Part shown: in pieces, positions 28,477-43,199 of the stretch
How positions within the stretch are numbered: position 1 is the first letter of the stretch
Layout: every line of letters begins with the position of its first letter
Source: Eledone cirrhosa
Lineage: Eukaryota
Direction: 5' to 3'
Length of the DNA: 64,000 nucleotides
Assembly (NCBI GenBank): GCA_964016885.1
Contig: OZ024741.1
Span: forward strand, 292,020,001-292,084,000
Notes under the pieces: model-generated
The model's database searches: none
Told to the model about the DNA's origin: nothing
The model's input: only the letters and a program-made list of their open reading frames with translations
Translations under genes and position numbers: made by a program

Positions 28477-29935
28477 TAACAGAACAACACAAAACTGTGC
28501 ACGGCTGATGAGAGAAATGCTAAAAGGTTAGGAAGTCTGCCAGAAAATTGTTTAGTTCCGGTGACAAGAATTCCAGACATAGGATTGATGAAGCTGAATG
28601 TAACAATAGAATCGTGAATGGTTCTGTGAAAAATATGTTCATAGAATCATTTCTGTTCAATAGCAACTCTGTGGAATTCTTGCAGATGTTTTCATAAAGA
28701 TAAAAACTAATTGTTTTTGTTGTTCTTCTTCTTGTTGTTCTTCTTGTTGTTCTTCTTCTTCTTCTTCTTCTTGCAATTATCATTATAGTTTTAATTATTA
28801 TTATTATTGTGTTGGCGATGATGTTGGGTTGGCATTATTGGTAGAGCTCGGCCAACATTTTTTGCGGCATAGAGTTACGTCCCTTTACGGTCTGAGTTTA
28901 AATTGCTTGAGGTTAACTTTGCCTTCCATTCTTTAGGGGTTGAAATAATCAACTTACCCCTCCTCCCAAAGGGTTGGCCTTGTGCCTAAATCATTATCAG
29001 CACTAGTAGTAGTTTTGTCTTTATTGCGTGTAGGTGTTGGGTATATGCAATGCTTAGTAGTCCTGTATTCTGCATTTTGTACATATTTGTAAGTCAGGGC
29101 TTTTTTAATCAGGTATTTGTTTACATGTTTGTTTTTAGTTTCCCTAGCAACCATTAAAGAGATTGTTTTTACAGTTTTCAAGGCAACTATTAAAGGGATT
29201 GTTTCTGTTTTCAGATCCAGCATTATGGTTTACTTTATTTGTAGATCTTTACATTTGAATGTAAGCGGCGAATTGGCAGAGTCGGTAGAACGTCGGATAG
29301 AAATATTTGCGCTATTCATTTTGTCTCTCTGAGTTCACATCCCGCCGAGGTCAACATTGCCTTTCATCCATTCAAATCGATAAAATGTACCAGTCAAGTA
29401 CTGGGGTCGATTCCTCCTCTATACGTCTTTCTCACTTCCATTCTCCCATTTTCAATCTTTATCTGGAGAACATCTGTTATATTCAGACCTGAAGAAGGAA
29501 TGGGCTAGTAAGAGGGTGATAAAATAAATACCAGTAACGCACTAGTTCGATTTAATCGACTTTCCCCTCCCGCCAAATTGTTAGCCTTGTGCCCCAATCA
29601 GAAACCATAGATTTTCCATTATTCTGGACTACTTATTGTTGTTGTCCTATAGTGAATAATTTATAATACTTTTCTAGTTGCATATGGCTACTAGCGCCTG
29701 ATATTTGTGATAAATATTATATTTCAAAGCTAGAGTTTGTGTGGATTGAATGAATCACCAGAAAAATTTCTTGTAACATTTGTCCCGGCTCATTAATTCA
29801 AATCCCATTGAGGATAAATTTACCTTTCCCCATTCCGTGGTGGATAAAATGAAATACCATGCAAGTACTGGGGTCATAATAATCGACTTAACTCTTCCTA
29901 AAAATTGCTGGCCTTATGCCTAAATTAGAAACCAT
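27975..29935. mobile_element. Scattered SINE family 1 copies
   Basis: Copies at about 27975-28100 (minus) and 28825-28995, 29265-29410, 29510-29608, 29740-29935 (plus), separated by microsatellites and unique DNA. Confidence 0.7.
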
Positions 29936-30465
29936 TATTTTTCTTGTTATATTGTCTAATCTTGCTAGTTTATTCAGCGTCCAGTTGAATGTTATGGAAA
30001 TAGGACAGCTACATTTTTTTTTCAATATATGTGTTATAAATATTAATATAATGCATCTAGAATATGTCTTCTTAACGGCAAACAAATTCCCCTGAGCACC
30101 AAGTGTATTAAAACGAAAACTAAGTATTTCGTTAGCAATTCAAGACAACAAAAGATAATGATATTCTATCAGGAATTCATGACAAGACGACTGTTAGTTA
30201 TGATTTAATTTACAGATTGCCTGTTGTGAGGGAGGAAGTCTCGTGGAAATACTGATAGATCTCTTAGTACTGCAAATATAAAGAACAATCTGACCAATAG
30301 GAAAGGTACGGTAAATATTCCAATTCACAATCCGGATTTTAGATATTTTCTGCTAAATCATTACGATATCTACTAGTATTTTGACGATTTAACCAAAAGA
30401 GCACGTGTGGCGAAGACACATTTTAAGGATTCGGATTTAGCATATTTTTATCCTGCCATAAGGAT

Positions 30466-30700
30466 TTTTGAAAGTAGGGTTGTTTGTCTCACATATAAGT
30501 GATAAGAATCTCTCAGGGAAACTGGATCACAGAAGGTCTTCAGAGAAGAGAAGCCCCCCAAACGAGAGTTTCGGCTCGTAACTTCTAGGGGCCGAAACAC
30601 TCGCTTGGGATAGGGGTTCTTTTCTGAAGACCTTCTGCTGACCAGCTCTTCTGAGAGTTTCTTACCACTTATTGTGTGACAAACAGTTTTACTTTCGAAA
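30466..30700. repeat. Long imperfect inverted repeat (arms ~110 bp)
   Basis: TTTTGAAAGTA...CAGAAGGTCTTCAGA...GTTTCGGC pairs with GCCGAAAC...TCTGAAGACCTTCTG...TACTTTCGAAA. Confidence 0.85.
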
Positions 30701-31329
30701 TGTTAGACAAAGCCTCTGTGTAGCCCACTACAGATTAAAAAGTGATAGTTATTAATAATGAATATTGGCTTTAACATATAATGTAGTTTGCAAATTCGGT
30801 TCAACTTAGGACAAATCACTTCTCTCCTACAGACAGATATTTACAATGAAACGTACAGAAAAATAGGAAAATGTGGTTCAAGTGACCCTGGTCAAGTATT
30901 TAAAACAAAAATAAATTCATAAAAATGATTTAATGTCTTCCTCGCTTTCATATACAGTACAATAAAGCACGTTTCATTTTTAAAACATTGTTTAATAGTA
31001 AACACATCTCGCTATCTTTTATCGCTATATTACTCAGAGATAATTTTAAAAAATACATTAAAAGAAAGCTTCATTCTGATTGGTTCACTCGTTTTATTAT
31101 CATGTGTATGGGTGCGGTGGGGGTGGGGGGATTTTATATTTTGTTGTTTCACAGCAAAAATATTAACATTAAAATTTAACTGTAGAATCGTATATATTTT
31201 TTTATTTAATGAAAATAAAATAAAATAAATATTTAAATAAATAAATAAATCTTCGAATTTGATCACAAATACGTAGTTTAGACAAATATTTTGTTAACTT
31301 CTTGAACCAATTATTACATTTCTTATATA

Positions 31330-31690
31330 TTTATCATCATCATCATCATTATCATCGTCATCATCATCATCATCATCATCATCACCTCCATCATCATCAT
31401 CAACATAATAAGCGTCAACTTTCCACCGTCTTAGATCATCAATGTCATCATCATCATCATCATTATCGTCATTATCATCATTATTATCATCATTATCATC
31501 ATCATTATCATCATCATTATCATCATTATCATCATCATTATCATCATTACCATCATCATTATCATCATTACCATCATCATTATCATCATTATTATCAACA
31601 TAACTATTAATCTCCACACCATCATAAATCTTCAATGTCAACGCCATCATTGTCGTCATGATCATGATCATTATCATCATCATCATCGTT
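31330..31690. repeat. (CAT/TAT)n triplet field
   Basis: Degenerate ATC repeat. Confidence 0.9.
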
Positions 31691-32359
31691 GTTATCCATA
31701 TTCACCGAGATCAGATGAAAATATTAGTAATTGATCTAATGCTTTATTCTCATTACAATACAAAAATAATTTTTTTTAGACTTTACTACTACCACATTTG
31801 TATAGGAATCGAATGCAATCGACTAAATCAATACTAGTCGACAAATCTATTCTAGTTAATAATATAATTGGTAGTTCTTTATCTTAACAGAATTATCAAT
31901 TAACCAACAAATTGTATTTGTTCGCAATATTCATTGAGTTGGTTGACACTAACATCACAAGAGCATCACTTGCAGGCAGCGCTAACTTTTACATCGAAAG
32001 TTGGGGACAGGATTCGACCAGATAGTAAAAACAGTGGCGCCACATAGGCCTCATGTAAGTCTTCTTTTTTTTTACTATATATTCAGGGCTTCCGAGACAT
32101 GTAGAGGGAAGTGAGGAAGGGAGAAATAGAGGAAGGGAGAAAGAGAGAAAGGGTAGAAGGGAGGAAAGAATGCTCAAACTGTCGATCTTACGTCACTCAA
32201 GGTTCAGATAGTGGTGTTAAAACGGGCAACCGCTTAAATCTACTAAAGTCTACACCTACATAACTAACAGCGAGATTTAAACACCGAACGCAAGAAGATA
32301 GAACAAATACAGCAAGGCATCTCGTTTCAAGCTCTGACAATTCAACTGATCCACCACCA

Positions 32360-33098
32360 TTGACTGATACTTTATTTTACCGACCCCTGAAAGAATGAAA
32401 GGCAAAGTTGACCTCAGCGGAATTTGAATACAGGTTATAGGAGCAGCGAGCTGGAACAAATAACTCTTTCTAATTTAGGCACAAAGCCAACACTATGATA
32501 GAAGGGTACGTCGACCTCAGTATTTGATTGGTACTTTACTTTATCAATACAGGAGGGATGATAAGCAAAGTTGAGCTCAACGAGATTTGAACTCAGAAAG
32601 TAAAGAACTGGAACAAATAACAAAGTAGTTTGCTGCTACACTAACATTTCTGCCAATAGAAAATAGACTAAATAAATACATAATTAAAAAATCTACGTGC
32701 TGATAGATTGACGTTATGATCAACGAAGATTGAAATCAATCAATTGGAGCGATCTTCCGTAAACAGACTGATCGATCAAATGAAGAAGACCTAAGTAATA
32801 ATCCACTGATAGTTTATTGGTTTTTAACGAAAAATAATAAAATCAATACGTTCCATACATAGTTTCACTCCAAGCTTAAACCAATGATGAAACACACAAA
32901 TGTCAAAGAAGCAATTAATGTTTTTTAATTACCTAAAAGGTTATTAATACATTTTCCAAAGTAATTATTATTATTATCATTTTTACTACTACTATTATTA
33001 TTATTATTATTATTATTGGCATCATTATTACATCGTTAGGAAATTGTTGTATTATTTTCCCTTTTTTCTTCCTCTTTCTCTATATATTCAAATACACC

Positions 33099-33132
<34 letters not shown>

Positions 33133-33598
33133 TTTCAGTTTTACAGTTTTCCAATAGGAAAATGGAAACTTCTTTTAGTAATAAGTTGCCTTGTATAAAT
33201 TAATCAACTGGTCAATTGGCAGTGTCGTTAGAGCGTCGGAGAACATGACTTGATGCGTTTCTTCCAAATGTCTGAGCGCTGAGTTCAAATCGCACCGATG
33301 TCATCTTTGCCTTTCTTCCTCATAGGGGTCGATAAAATAAAATACCGGTCCTGTGTAATGAACTAACGGAATTGCCAAGGCGTAGGATGAGATGCCTTGC
33401 GGTATTTGTTCCAGTTTTAAGTAGAAATCCCGTTGTTTTTCGGTTTAATGTTTACATGTATGATAGTCTTAACCCTCCACTCAGTTTAACACGCCCATAT
33501 GTTGCTGCTGCTACTACCACTACTACTACTACTACTACTACTGCTGCTGCTGCTGTTGCTACTACTATAACTACTACAACTACTACTACTACTACTAC

Positions 33599-33629
<31 letters not shown>

Positions 33630-33813
33630 TGTTTCTACTTTTGGCACAAGGCCAGCAATTACCCAGTACATTACTGGTACTTTATTTTATCGACCCCGTC
33701 CCGTAAGGATGAAAGGCAAAGTTAACGTCGATGGGATTTGAACTCAGGCCGTAAAGGGACATAACTATGCTGGAAAGCATGGCGTCCGACCCTCTACCGA
33801 TACTGCCAATCCA
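32360..33813. mobile_element. SINE family 1 copies
   Basis: 32360-32430 and 32465-32655 (minus), 33215-33350 (plus), 33625-33813 (minus, full). Confidence 0.7.
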
Positions 33814-33900
33814 CCAACAATAATAATATGACCACCACCACTATTACTACTGTTGCTGCTGCTGCTACTACTACTACTACTGCTGCTGTTGTTGCTGCTG

Positions 33901-33961
<61 letters not shown>

Positions 33962-34590
33962 AATAGCAATACCATCAACAACAATGACCAGCAACTGCAG
34001 CAAGAGAAACAACAATAGAAAAAAAACAATAACAACAAAACACTAACAACAATAACAACATCAACAATAACAAGGGGCAACAACAATAACAACAGCACCA
34101 GCATTAAAAACAACAACAATAACAACATCAACAATAACAACAGCAACAACAATCACAACATCAACAATAACAACGCCAACAATAATAACAACGCCAACAA
34201 CAATAACAACAGCAACAACAGCAATAACAACATCAACAATAACAACATCAGCAACAATAACAACAACAATAACAACAACGAATAGAACCACAAAGTTATC
34301 AATAATGCATAAGAAGAAGAATCACAGCGGCGACATTAACAACTATAGTAACAACTAGAACAACAGCAACAACGTTAATAACAACAGCATCAACAACAAC
34401 ATCAAGAACAACATCAACAACAAAGTCAACAACAACATCAAAAATGTTAACGACAAAATCAATAACGTTAACAACAACAAACAACAACGTTAACAAAACT
34501 AACATGAACAACAACGAAAACAACAACAATGACAACAACAACAGCAACAACGTGAACAACAAAATCAATAACATCAACAACAAACAACGA

Positions 34591-34638
<48 letters not shown>

Positions 34639-34734
34639 ACAACAACAACAACAACAACAACCATAACAAACAAACAACAACAACAACAAAAACAAACAAC
34701 AACAACGTTAACAGAACCAACTATAACAACAAGA

Positions 34735-36250
34735 ACACCATCAACAACAACACCATCAACAACAACACCATCAACAACAACACCACCAACAACAACACCA
34801 TCAACAACAACACCATCAACAACAACACCATCAACAACAACACCATCAACAACAATACCACCAACAACAACACCATCAACAACAACACCATCAACAACAA
34901 CACCATCAACAACAACACCATCAACAACAACACCACCAACAACAACACCATCAACAACAACACCATCAACGACAACACCATCAACAACAACACCATCAAC
35001 AACAACACCATCAACAACAACACCATCAACAACAACACCATCAGCAACAACACCATCAACAACAACAACAACACCATCAACGACAACACCATCAACAACA
35101 ACAACAACACCATCAACGACAACACCATCAACAACAACAACAACACCATCAACGACAACACCATCAACAACAACACCATCAACAACAACACCATCAACAA
35201 CAACACCATCAACAACAACACCATCAACAACAACACCATCAACAACAACACCATCAGCAACAACACCATCAACAACAACAACAACACCATCAACGACAAC
35301 ACCATCAACAACAACAACAACACCATCAACGACAACACCATCAACAACAACACCATCAACAACAACACCATCAACAACAACACCATCAACAACAACACCA
35401 TCAACAACAACACCATCAACAACAACACCATCAACAACAACACCATCAACAACAACACCATCAACAACAACAACAACACCATCAACGACAACACCATCAA
35501 CAACAACACCATCAACAACAACACCATCAACGACAACACCATCAACAACAACACCATCAACAACAACACCATCAACAACAACACCATCAACGACAACACC
35601 ATCAACAACAACACCATCAACAACAACACCATCAACAACAACACCATCAACAACAACACCATCAACAACAACACCATCAACGACAACACCATCAACAACA
35701 ACAACAACACCATCAACGACAACACCATCAACAACAACAACAACACCATCAACGACAACACCATCAACAACAACACCATCAACAACAACACCATCAACGA
35801 CAACACCATCAACAACAACACCATCAACAACAACATCATCAACAACAACACCATCAACGACAACACCATCAACAACAACACCATCAACAACAACACCATC
35901 AACGACAACACCATCAACAACAACACCATCAACGACAACACCATCAACAACAACACCATCAACAACAACACCATCAACAACAACACCATCAACGACAACA
36001 CCATCAACAACAACACCATCAACAACAACACCATCAACGACAACACCATCAACAACAACACCATCAACAACAACACCATCAACAACAATACCACCAACAA
36101 CAACACCATCAACAACAACACCATCAACAACAACACCATCAACGACAACACCATCAACAACAACACCATCAACAACAACAACAACACCATCAACAACAAC
36201 ACCATCAACAACAACACCATCAACAACAACAACAACACCATCAACAACAA
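34735..36250 (+). repeat. 15-bp minisatellite (ACACCATCAACAACA)n with 21-bp variants
   Basis: About 1.5 kb homogeneous array grown out of an (AAC)n field. Translates as (PSTTT)n. Confidence 0.95.
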
Positions 36251-36339
36251 CTAAAGGATGAAGATTAACAACGTTAATCAGAGGTCAAACAGTGTTGTAG
36301 TGATTACATTAGTTTAACTAGCAACCGTATGATAGTTTG

Positions 36340-37385
36340 GTGGGGCGGTGGGTGGTATGGTGGGGTGTGGGAGGGTGTGGTGTGGTGGGGTGGGGTGTAG
36401 TATGATGTGGTTGGGTGTAGTGTGGTGTGGTATAGTATGGTGTGGTGGGGTGAGGTGTAGTGTAGTGTTGGGGTGGGGTGGGGTGTAGTGTGGGGATGCG
36501 CTGGAGTGTGGGATGGTGTGTAATAGGGCGTGGTGTGCTGGGGTATAGTGGGATGGGGTGGAGTGGAGTGTGGTAGGGTGGGGTGGGGTATGCCGGTGTG
36601 TAGGATGGTGTAGTGTGGTGTGGTGGAGTGATGTGGTGTTGTGGGGGTGTAGTGTGATGTGGTGTAGTATGGTGGGGTGAGATGTGGGGAGCTGGGGTGT
36701 AGTGTGGTGGTATAGGGTGTGGTGTGGTGTAATGTAGTGAGGTGTGGTAGGGTGGGGTGGGGTGTAGTAGGGATGAGGTTTAAACAGCAAATGTATGGAA
36801 ATGTGGTGTGGTGTCGTGTAATGTGGTGTGGTGTTGTGGTGTAGTTTAGTGTGACGTGGTGTAGTGTGGTATAGTGTGGTGTAGTGTGGTGTAATGTGGT
36901 GTGGTGTAGTGTGGTGTAGTGTGGTATAGTGTGGGGTTGAGTAGTGTAATGTGGTGTGGTGTAGTGTGGTGTAGTGTGGTGTAATGTGGTGTGGTGTAGT
37001 GTGGTAGCGTGTGGTAGCGTGTGGGGTTGATTAGTGTAATGTAGTGTGGTATGGTGTAGTGTGGTGTAATGTGGTGTGGTGTAGTGTGGTGTAGTATAGT
37101 GTGGGGCTGAGTAGTGTAATGTGGTGTGGTGTAGTGTGGTGTAGTTTGGTGTGGTGTAGTGCGGTGTAGTGTGGTGTAGTGTGGAGTAATGTGGTGTGGT
37201 GTGGTATAGTGTGGTGTAGTGTGGTGTAATGTGGCGTGGTGTAGTGTGGTGTAGTGTGGTGTAATGTGGCGTGGTGTAGTGTGGTGTAGTGTGGTGTAAT
37301 GTGGCGCGGTGTAGTGTGGTGTAGTGTGGTGTAATGTGGCGCAGTGAAGTGTGGTGTAGTATGGTGTGGTGTCATGTGGTGTGGT
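36340..37385. repeat. Pentanucleotide (GTGTA/GTGTG)n satellite
   Basis: Degenerate GTAGT/GTGGT 5-mer array, more homogeneous in its right half. Confidence 0.9.
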
Positions 37386-37534
37386 GGAGGGGCTATTACA
37401 AGGTGAGTGTGGTAGAAGGAGATGTGGAGGGGATGTAACTGATACAAATTGACAGAGAGAAGAAGAGAGAAATAGTGAGGAACAATGAGAGTGATAGAGA
37501 GAAATATAAACAGAGCAGGACAGAGAGGACTAGG

Positions 37535-37610
<76 letters not shown>

Positions 37611-37619
37611 GTGAGAGAG

Positions 37620-37654
<35 letters not shown>

Positions 37655-37844
37655 ATGTGTGCGTGTGTGTGTGTGTGCGTACGTAGTTGTGTGCGTGTGT
37701 GATCGACACAGATTGATAAAGAGGAGAGATAGAGAGAAGGCGAGAGAGAGATAGGGAGAGGGTGAGGGACGTTAAATAAAAGAGATAGTGAGGGCGTGTA
37801 TGTGTATGTGGTTTATGTAACCGAGACAGATAGATATACAGATG

Positions 37845-37906
<62 letters not shown>

Positions 37907-38342
37907 GAGAGAGAGAGAGAGAGAAATAGAGAGAGAAAGAGAGCGAAAGAGAAAAAGAGAGACGTAGAAAGTGTAAAAAGGTAAAGAGAAAAAGTCTGTG
38001 TAAGAAAGAGTGTGAGAGAGAGGTGGGGAAGGTGTATGCATATGTCTATATGTACTACACACACATAGAGAGAGAGAGAGAGATGTTGATTGCTTGTATG
38101 TGTTTGTGAGTGAGAGAGGGGGAGAGAGGGAGAAAGTGATAATGAATGGTGGAGATGCGAAGGCACCTCCACTCTCCACCCTCTCCTCTCCTCCACCACG
38201 CCACTTTCACTGATTTTTCTAATTAACAATGTAGTTCTGGGTTGATTTTGTAAAGAACTAATTAAAAAAGCACATACACATGAACACAAATACACATACA
38301 CACACACATGGACACGTACACATGTGTATGTATGTATTTACG

Positions 38343-38387
<45 letters not shown>

Positions 38388-38570
38388 TTGTGTGAATAAG
38401 GAAAAGATAAGAGAAAGAGAAACAAAGAGAGAGAAAGAGGGGATGCTCATTTATATACAGAACATCAAATGTAAAGCAGATATTGTATATGTTTTTTATA
38501 TAAAATAAGATATAATATAATATAATATATATATATACATATATTCTATATGCACGCACACGCACACGCG

Positions 38571-38618
<48 letters not shown>

Positions 38619-38636
38619 CAGAGAGAGAGGAGATAT

Positions 38637-38725
<89 letters not shown>

Positions 38726-39599
38726 TATATATAGATAGAAAGACAAACAGATAAATAGACAGATAAATATACAAATACACACACACACACATACATACAC
38801 ACACATATATTTATATATACCCATATACACAAAGATACCTGTACATATACACACAGGATGTGTTCAATATGTCAAGCTGTTCTCCCTAAATGACATAACC
38901 AAAAAATATCGATTTCTTAACAATCAATTGCATAAGACCTTACTCCATAAAACGTGGAGAAAATTCCTGGCGGTTTGTCTGCCTTGAAGTAGGGTTAGCT
39001 GCGCCTGTCTTAAATCAAATATTGCCTCTATATTCCAGGAAAAATACAATGTTTTGATTTTGGATCGATAGAACTTAAACAGGGTGGAAACATTTGGGCT
39101 AGGTGTCCTAGATTGAAATCATATTTAATATCTTGCGGGCCACAATCATGTGGTATTTGAAATTATATCGCTTCTTGTGACGAGTGGTCCAATTGTACGA
39201 ACAACGGAACAGAGTGCTCGTAAAATTACCATACAATTGGCTGAGTATTCCGACGACGCGTGTACCCTTAGCGTATTTCTTAAAATGATTCAATGCGACA
39301 CAATTTATGATACGGTTGACCCTTTGAATTACAGCTACAATCTTATCCTATTTTGCTCAAGACCATAAAGCTCCACCGGGAATCGAAACTACGAACCATG
39401 TTCATACAAGTCTACGGAAACAGCCTATATATTTATTACTGAAATCTTTTTCGTTATAGCGTTTACGGTAGGATAAAAGAAATATTTTTAACGGTGATAT
39501 AAAGATTAATCAAAATAGCAAGCATTTTCTTAGAACAAACATAACATCATTTAATTATGGCAATAAAAATATTTCATTTGGTAAGCCACAGCAGGCTCA

Positions 39600-39985
39600 G
39601 AAATTCCACATAGAATAACGCATATGAGTGAGTTAAAACAATGAAAATAACGATATCCAGAGAACAGCATGATCCAATCCAAGGCCTGCTCACTGCTGTT
39701 CGAGGAACTCCTCCCTGGTTGACCTTCACCACTTTCTGTTTGGTTTTGGTCATGTCAGGTGTGTAACCGTACTCACTACACTTCGCCAATTTGGGTTGGC
39801 GAGGCTATTTAACTCATAGTTGGGGTGTATGGCCATTGACTCTGCGGAGTTCATCCATCCAGCTCTTGTATTTTTTGTGTATGCTGGGGTTCCACTTACC
39901 CTCCTTACCAAACCAGGGTCTGGTGGGCAAGCCAGTTTAGTCACCAACCACTTGACCATGAAGCAGGTTGTACTGGGTTACATGG
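39600..39985 (-). mobile_element. RTE-like 5' region sharing its head with the 580-bp element
   Basis: Minus strand starts CATGTAACCCAGTACAACCTGCTTCATGGTC...GACTAAACTGG, homologous to 42623-42675. Also shares GAGTCAATGGCCAT. Confidence 0.6.
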
Positions 39986-40299
39986 AGCCAGCAGCAGGCA
40001 GAGGCCTGGTGGGAGGAAATAAATAAATTAATAAATAAATAACAACATTTAGCTGGTGTTTAACAAATTCCAGACCGTTAAAAATCTCACACCTGGGCAA
40101 ACTTTCGAATTTTTTATGAAATAACAGAATCTCTCTAGATTCTGGATTAATATAAAACAGAAATTCATGTGAGGCCGCCATTGTAAACACGAGACTTTGC
40201 CTTGGTACTGAATTTTCATCTTCGCTAACCAAAGATTGATAAAGAAAAGAAATAACTTTCGTATGGAACGCTACATATTCCATGCAATCTGCAGGATGG

Positions 40300-40652
40300 A
40301 TGAAATGAAACTACTGGTCGGATTTGGCTCGCGAGCATTAGTTTGTCTAACCCTTATATAAAAGAATGGATAAATGTGTTGGCATACACCCGTACTTTGA
40401 GAAAGAATGTTTCTGTGAGCAACTTAGTGAATGCATTGTCAAAGCAAAGGAGGGTGTAATTGCTCTTGCTGACTTCATCGCTCATGTTAGTAATTATGGC
40501 CATCTGTAGTTTGCAAACAAGAAGTAGGAAATGTGAACTCTAATGGCTTAATGTTGTTAGAATTTTGCACACGCTTTTAACTCTCAATTATGGGGACAGT
40601 GTATCAACTAAAAGATTCTCTCAAGAACACTTCGCAACACCCACGCTCCTTG
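40300..40652 (+). pseudogene. RTE-clade LINE endonuclease fragment
   Basis: Translates as ALADF.AHV...GNVNSNGLMLLEFCTR...KNTSQHPRS, matching the RTE APE pattern GDFNA...NG..L..FC...TW.HP. Homologous to 44720-44890 on the minus strand. Confidence 0.75.
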
Positions 40653-40679
40653 CTAATCCAGTGGATAGGAAATTCATCA

Positions 40680-41800
40680 ACATCACATCCACGATAATTC
40701 AACACTATACCACACACCATCCTATTCAATGCTAAATAAATCCAGTAAGAGAGTTCACATACAGAATCAGTCGTGTAGCGACAATATTGGACAAATTAAT
40801 TAGGGTTATCAAAAAAGATTAATATGACTAACAATCAACCATCAAATCACCTAAAGAAGTATCAAAGTTATTGATATATCTCGCAAATTAATTAGTCACC
40901 AACAAAATTGATACAACTAATTTCAAATAGTCGATAATAGAATCAGTCAAGAATGTAATCTAGAAGAAGGAGCTGTGTCCAAGAGGGAGATAGAAATACA
41001 GAGATCTGAGAGATTATACTTCTTGAATAGTTAACTCGGTGCTTGTAAGGGGTGGGGACAGATAGAGAGGGGATTCCAGAGAGCTAACGTTCTGGGGAAG
41101 AGACAGATGAAGTTCACCGTTGGACAATATTGACAGTAGAGCATATACCAGATATGGTCTAAATCGGGGGTGTGCAACAAGCGGCCCGCGGGCCACAATC
41201 CGGCCCGACATACCAGTCAGAGTGGCCTGCGATGACCCTTTTTCATTTTTATCTTGTAGGCTTATTTAGAATATTTTTCGTAACCGTAATACAATTTTCT
41301 GTTAGTTGACCTATACCAAATACCAAGCTTCACATTAATAAAACTAAATTATATTTTATTTGTCTTTATTGTTTAAAAATGTATTCACAGTGTATTTATG
41401 ACTCAATTCATTGGTTTTCGATAGATTACATATTCTTCACAGTGACTGGCTCTAATAATTACTCCAATGTTCAAAAGTAGCCCACCCCTGGTCTAAAGCT
41501 TTGCTAATAACGACAGCTACAGCACTGTTTTAACCAATTTTCACGATAGTTAGGACCCGCTGTTGAGTTATATAGGAGACTAGGTGTCTGGTAGATTTAG
41601 CTTCAAAAAATAATTCTAGTGGTGGTTATTTTGTTTTTAGAGTAATAAAAACAAAAAAATTCTTTATTAAATGTAAATGATATGGTAGTGGTTATTAGGG
41701 TGTCAGACAAGGTTGTTATTAATGGTTGCCTCCATCACCTACAAGATGCTGAACGTTAGAGTGAAAAAAACCAAAGTTGCAAGAATCAACACAATCCCGC

Positions 41801-41870
<70 letters not shown>

Positions 41871-42190
41871 TAATAAATTCACGAAATCACATTACCACGA
41901 CGGGATACTTCACGCATCCACGTTACTTCAGCATTATGCCACACACCATCTTATTCAATGCTAACTGAAATAAATACAGAGTACTTCACATACAGAATAA
42001 GTGGTGTAGTGAAGATATTGAACAAATTAATTAGGGTTATCAAAAATAATTAATATGACTAACAACCAATCAACCATCAAATCACCTATTATAAGTATCA
42101 AAATTATTGATATATCTCGTAAATTAATTTTGGTGTCCAACAAAATTGATACAACTAATTTCAATCAATCGATAATCGAATCAGTCAATA
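40680..42190 (+). repeat. ~270-bp diverged direct repeats (40680-40950 and 41910-42190)
   Basis: Shared blocks CCACACACCATC.TATTCAATGCTAA, ACAAATTAATTAGGGTTATCAAAAA and CCAACAAAATTGATACAACTAATTTCAA. Confidence 0.8.
41165..41490. mobile_element. hAT/Charlie-like MITE
   Basis: Ends CGGGGGTGTGCAAC / GTAGCCCACCCCTG, 8-bp TSD GTCTAAAT/GTCTAAAG, subterminal GCGGCCCGCGGGCC motifs. Confidence 0.8.
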
Positions 42191-42622
42191 AAAATATGAA
42201 AATGTATTGATATATTCCTAAAGCAGGGGTGGATGGGAAAAATACAAATTTGAAAATGTACCTATGTTTATATATATGTAAATTTAGAGTAGACATCGAA
42301 AAGAAATTGGTTCATACAGAATAATTGTAGTCTAAAAAATGTTTTCATTTGAATAAGTGGGTTTACAGAATAGTCATGATTATCTTAGTTTTTGTAATAT
42401 TTGTTTGTGTTAAAATTGAAAATGAATTGAAGCGTTATCATCAAGAACCCAACGCATCTTCCAAGTCCAGGAATCGAACCCATGACACTATGTCCGTGAA
42501 TCCGATAAAATGACCACTACACACATACATACAAATATCTATGCGCGAATGTACCTACGTACGCATGTATGTATGTATATATGTATGTATATATGTATGT
42601 ATGTTACCATGTATGTATGTTA

Positions 42623-43199
42623 CATGTATCCCAGTACAACCTGTCTCATGGTCGGGTCGTTGGCGACTAAACTGGCAACCCCACCAAGGTTTCTTGGTGA
42701 GGTGAGTGACTTTGGACATCCTGCAGGACTAAAAACAAAACCTGTCATAGGGCAAAGGAGCTCTTAAGAGTCAATGGCCATCCAAAATCACCGGGAGAGA
42801 TGACCCCTTAGCCTTTTTCAAGGCAGAATTCTAGAAGAAGGAAAACTGATATAACACCTGCAACCCTGATGATATCCAATGATGTTGACTTGTTCTTCTT
42901 TTTGGTCAATATCATCTTGGTTAAGAGAGTGGGACTGGCTTTGTGCAGTGCCTTTGCTCACTATAAAAGCTTCACGGCACAGGCATTGCTTTATATCTGG
43001 AGATCTCTCTGCACTTGTCGTCACATGGTACCATGGGCCCAGCACTATGTGTCAATAATTGTCACAAGTGTAGTGTTTGTACCAGAGTTTTCAAGTCGCT
43101 GGCTGGACTAAAATGTCACACTCCTTCAGCGCATCGGTAGGAGTTCTCCTACATGGATATAAAGTAGTGGCCGTACTCGAAAACGAGTTGGCAGCCATC
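42623..43199 (+). mobile_element. RTE-derived non-autonomous element (~580 bp) with (ATGT)n tail
   Basis: Matches 22023-22601. Flanked on both sides by TATG repeats. A diverged relative follows at about 43300-43725. Confidence 0.8.

Noticed and set aside
28500-28560. Isolated CTGATGAG, and likewise CTGAAGA at ~29489
   Set aside because: No paired stem II followed by GAAA downstream.
31970-32060. Possible host exon bounded by TTGCAG and GTAAGT
   Set aside because: All three frames contain a stop between these sites, and the peptide is not recognisable.
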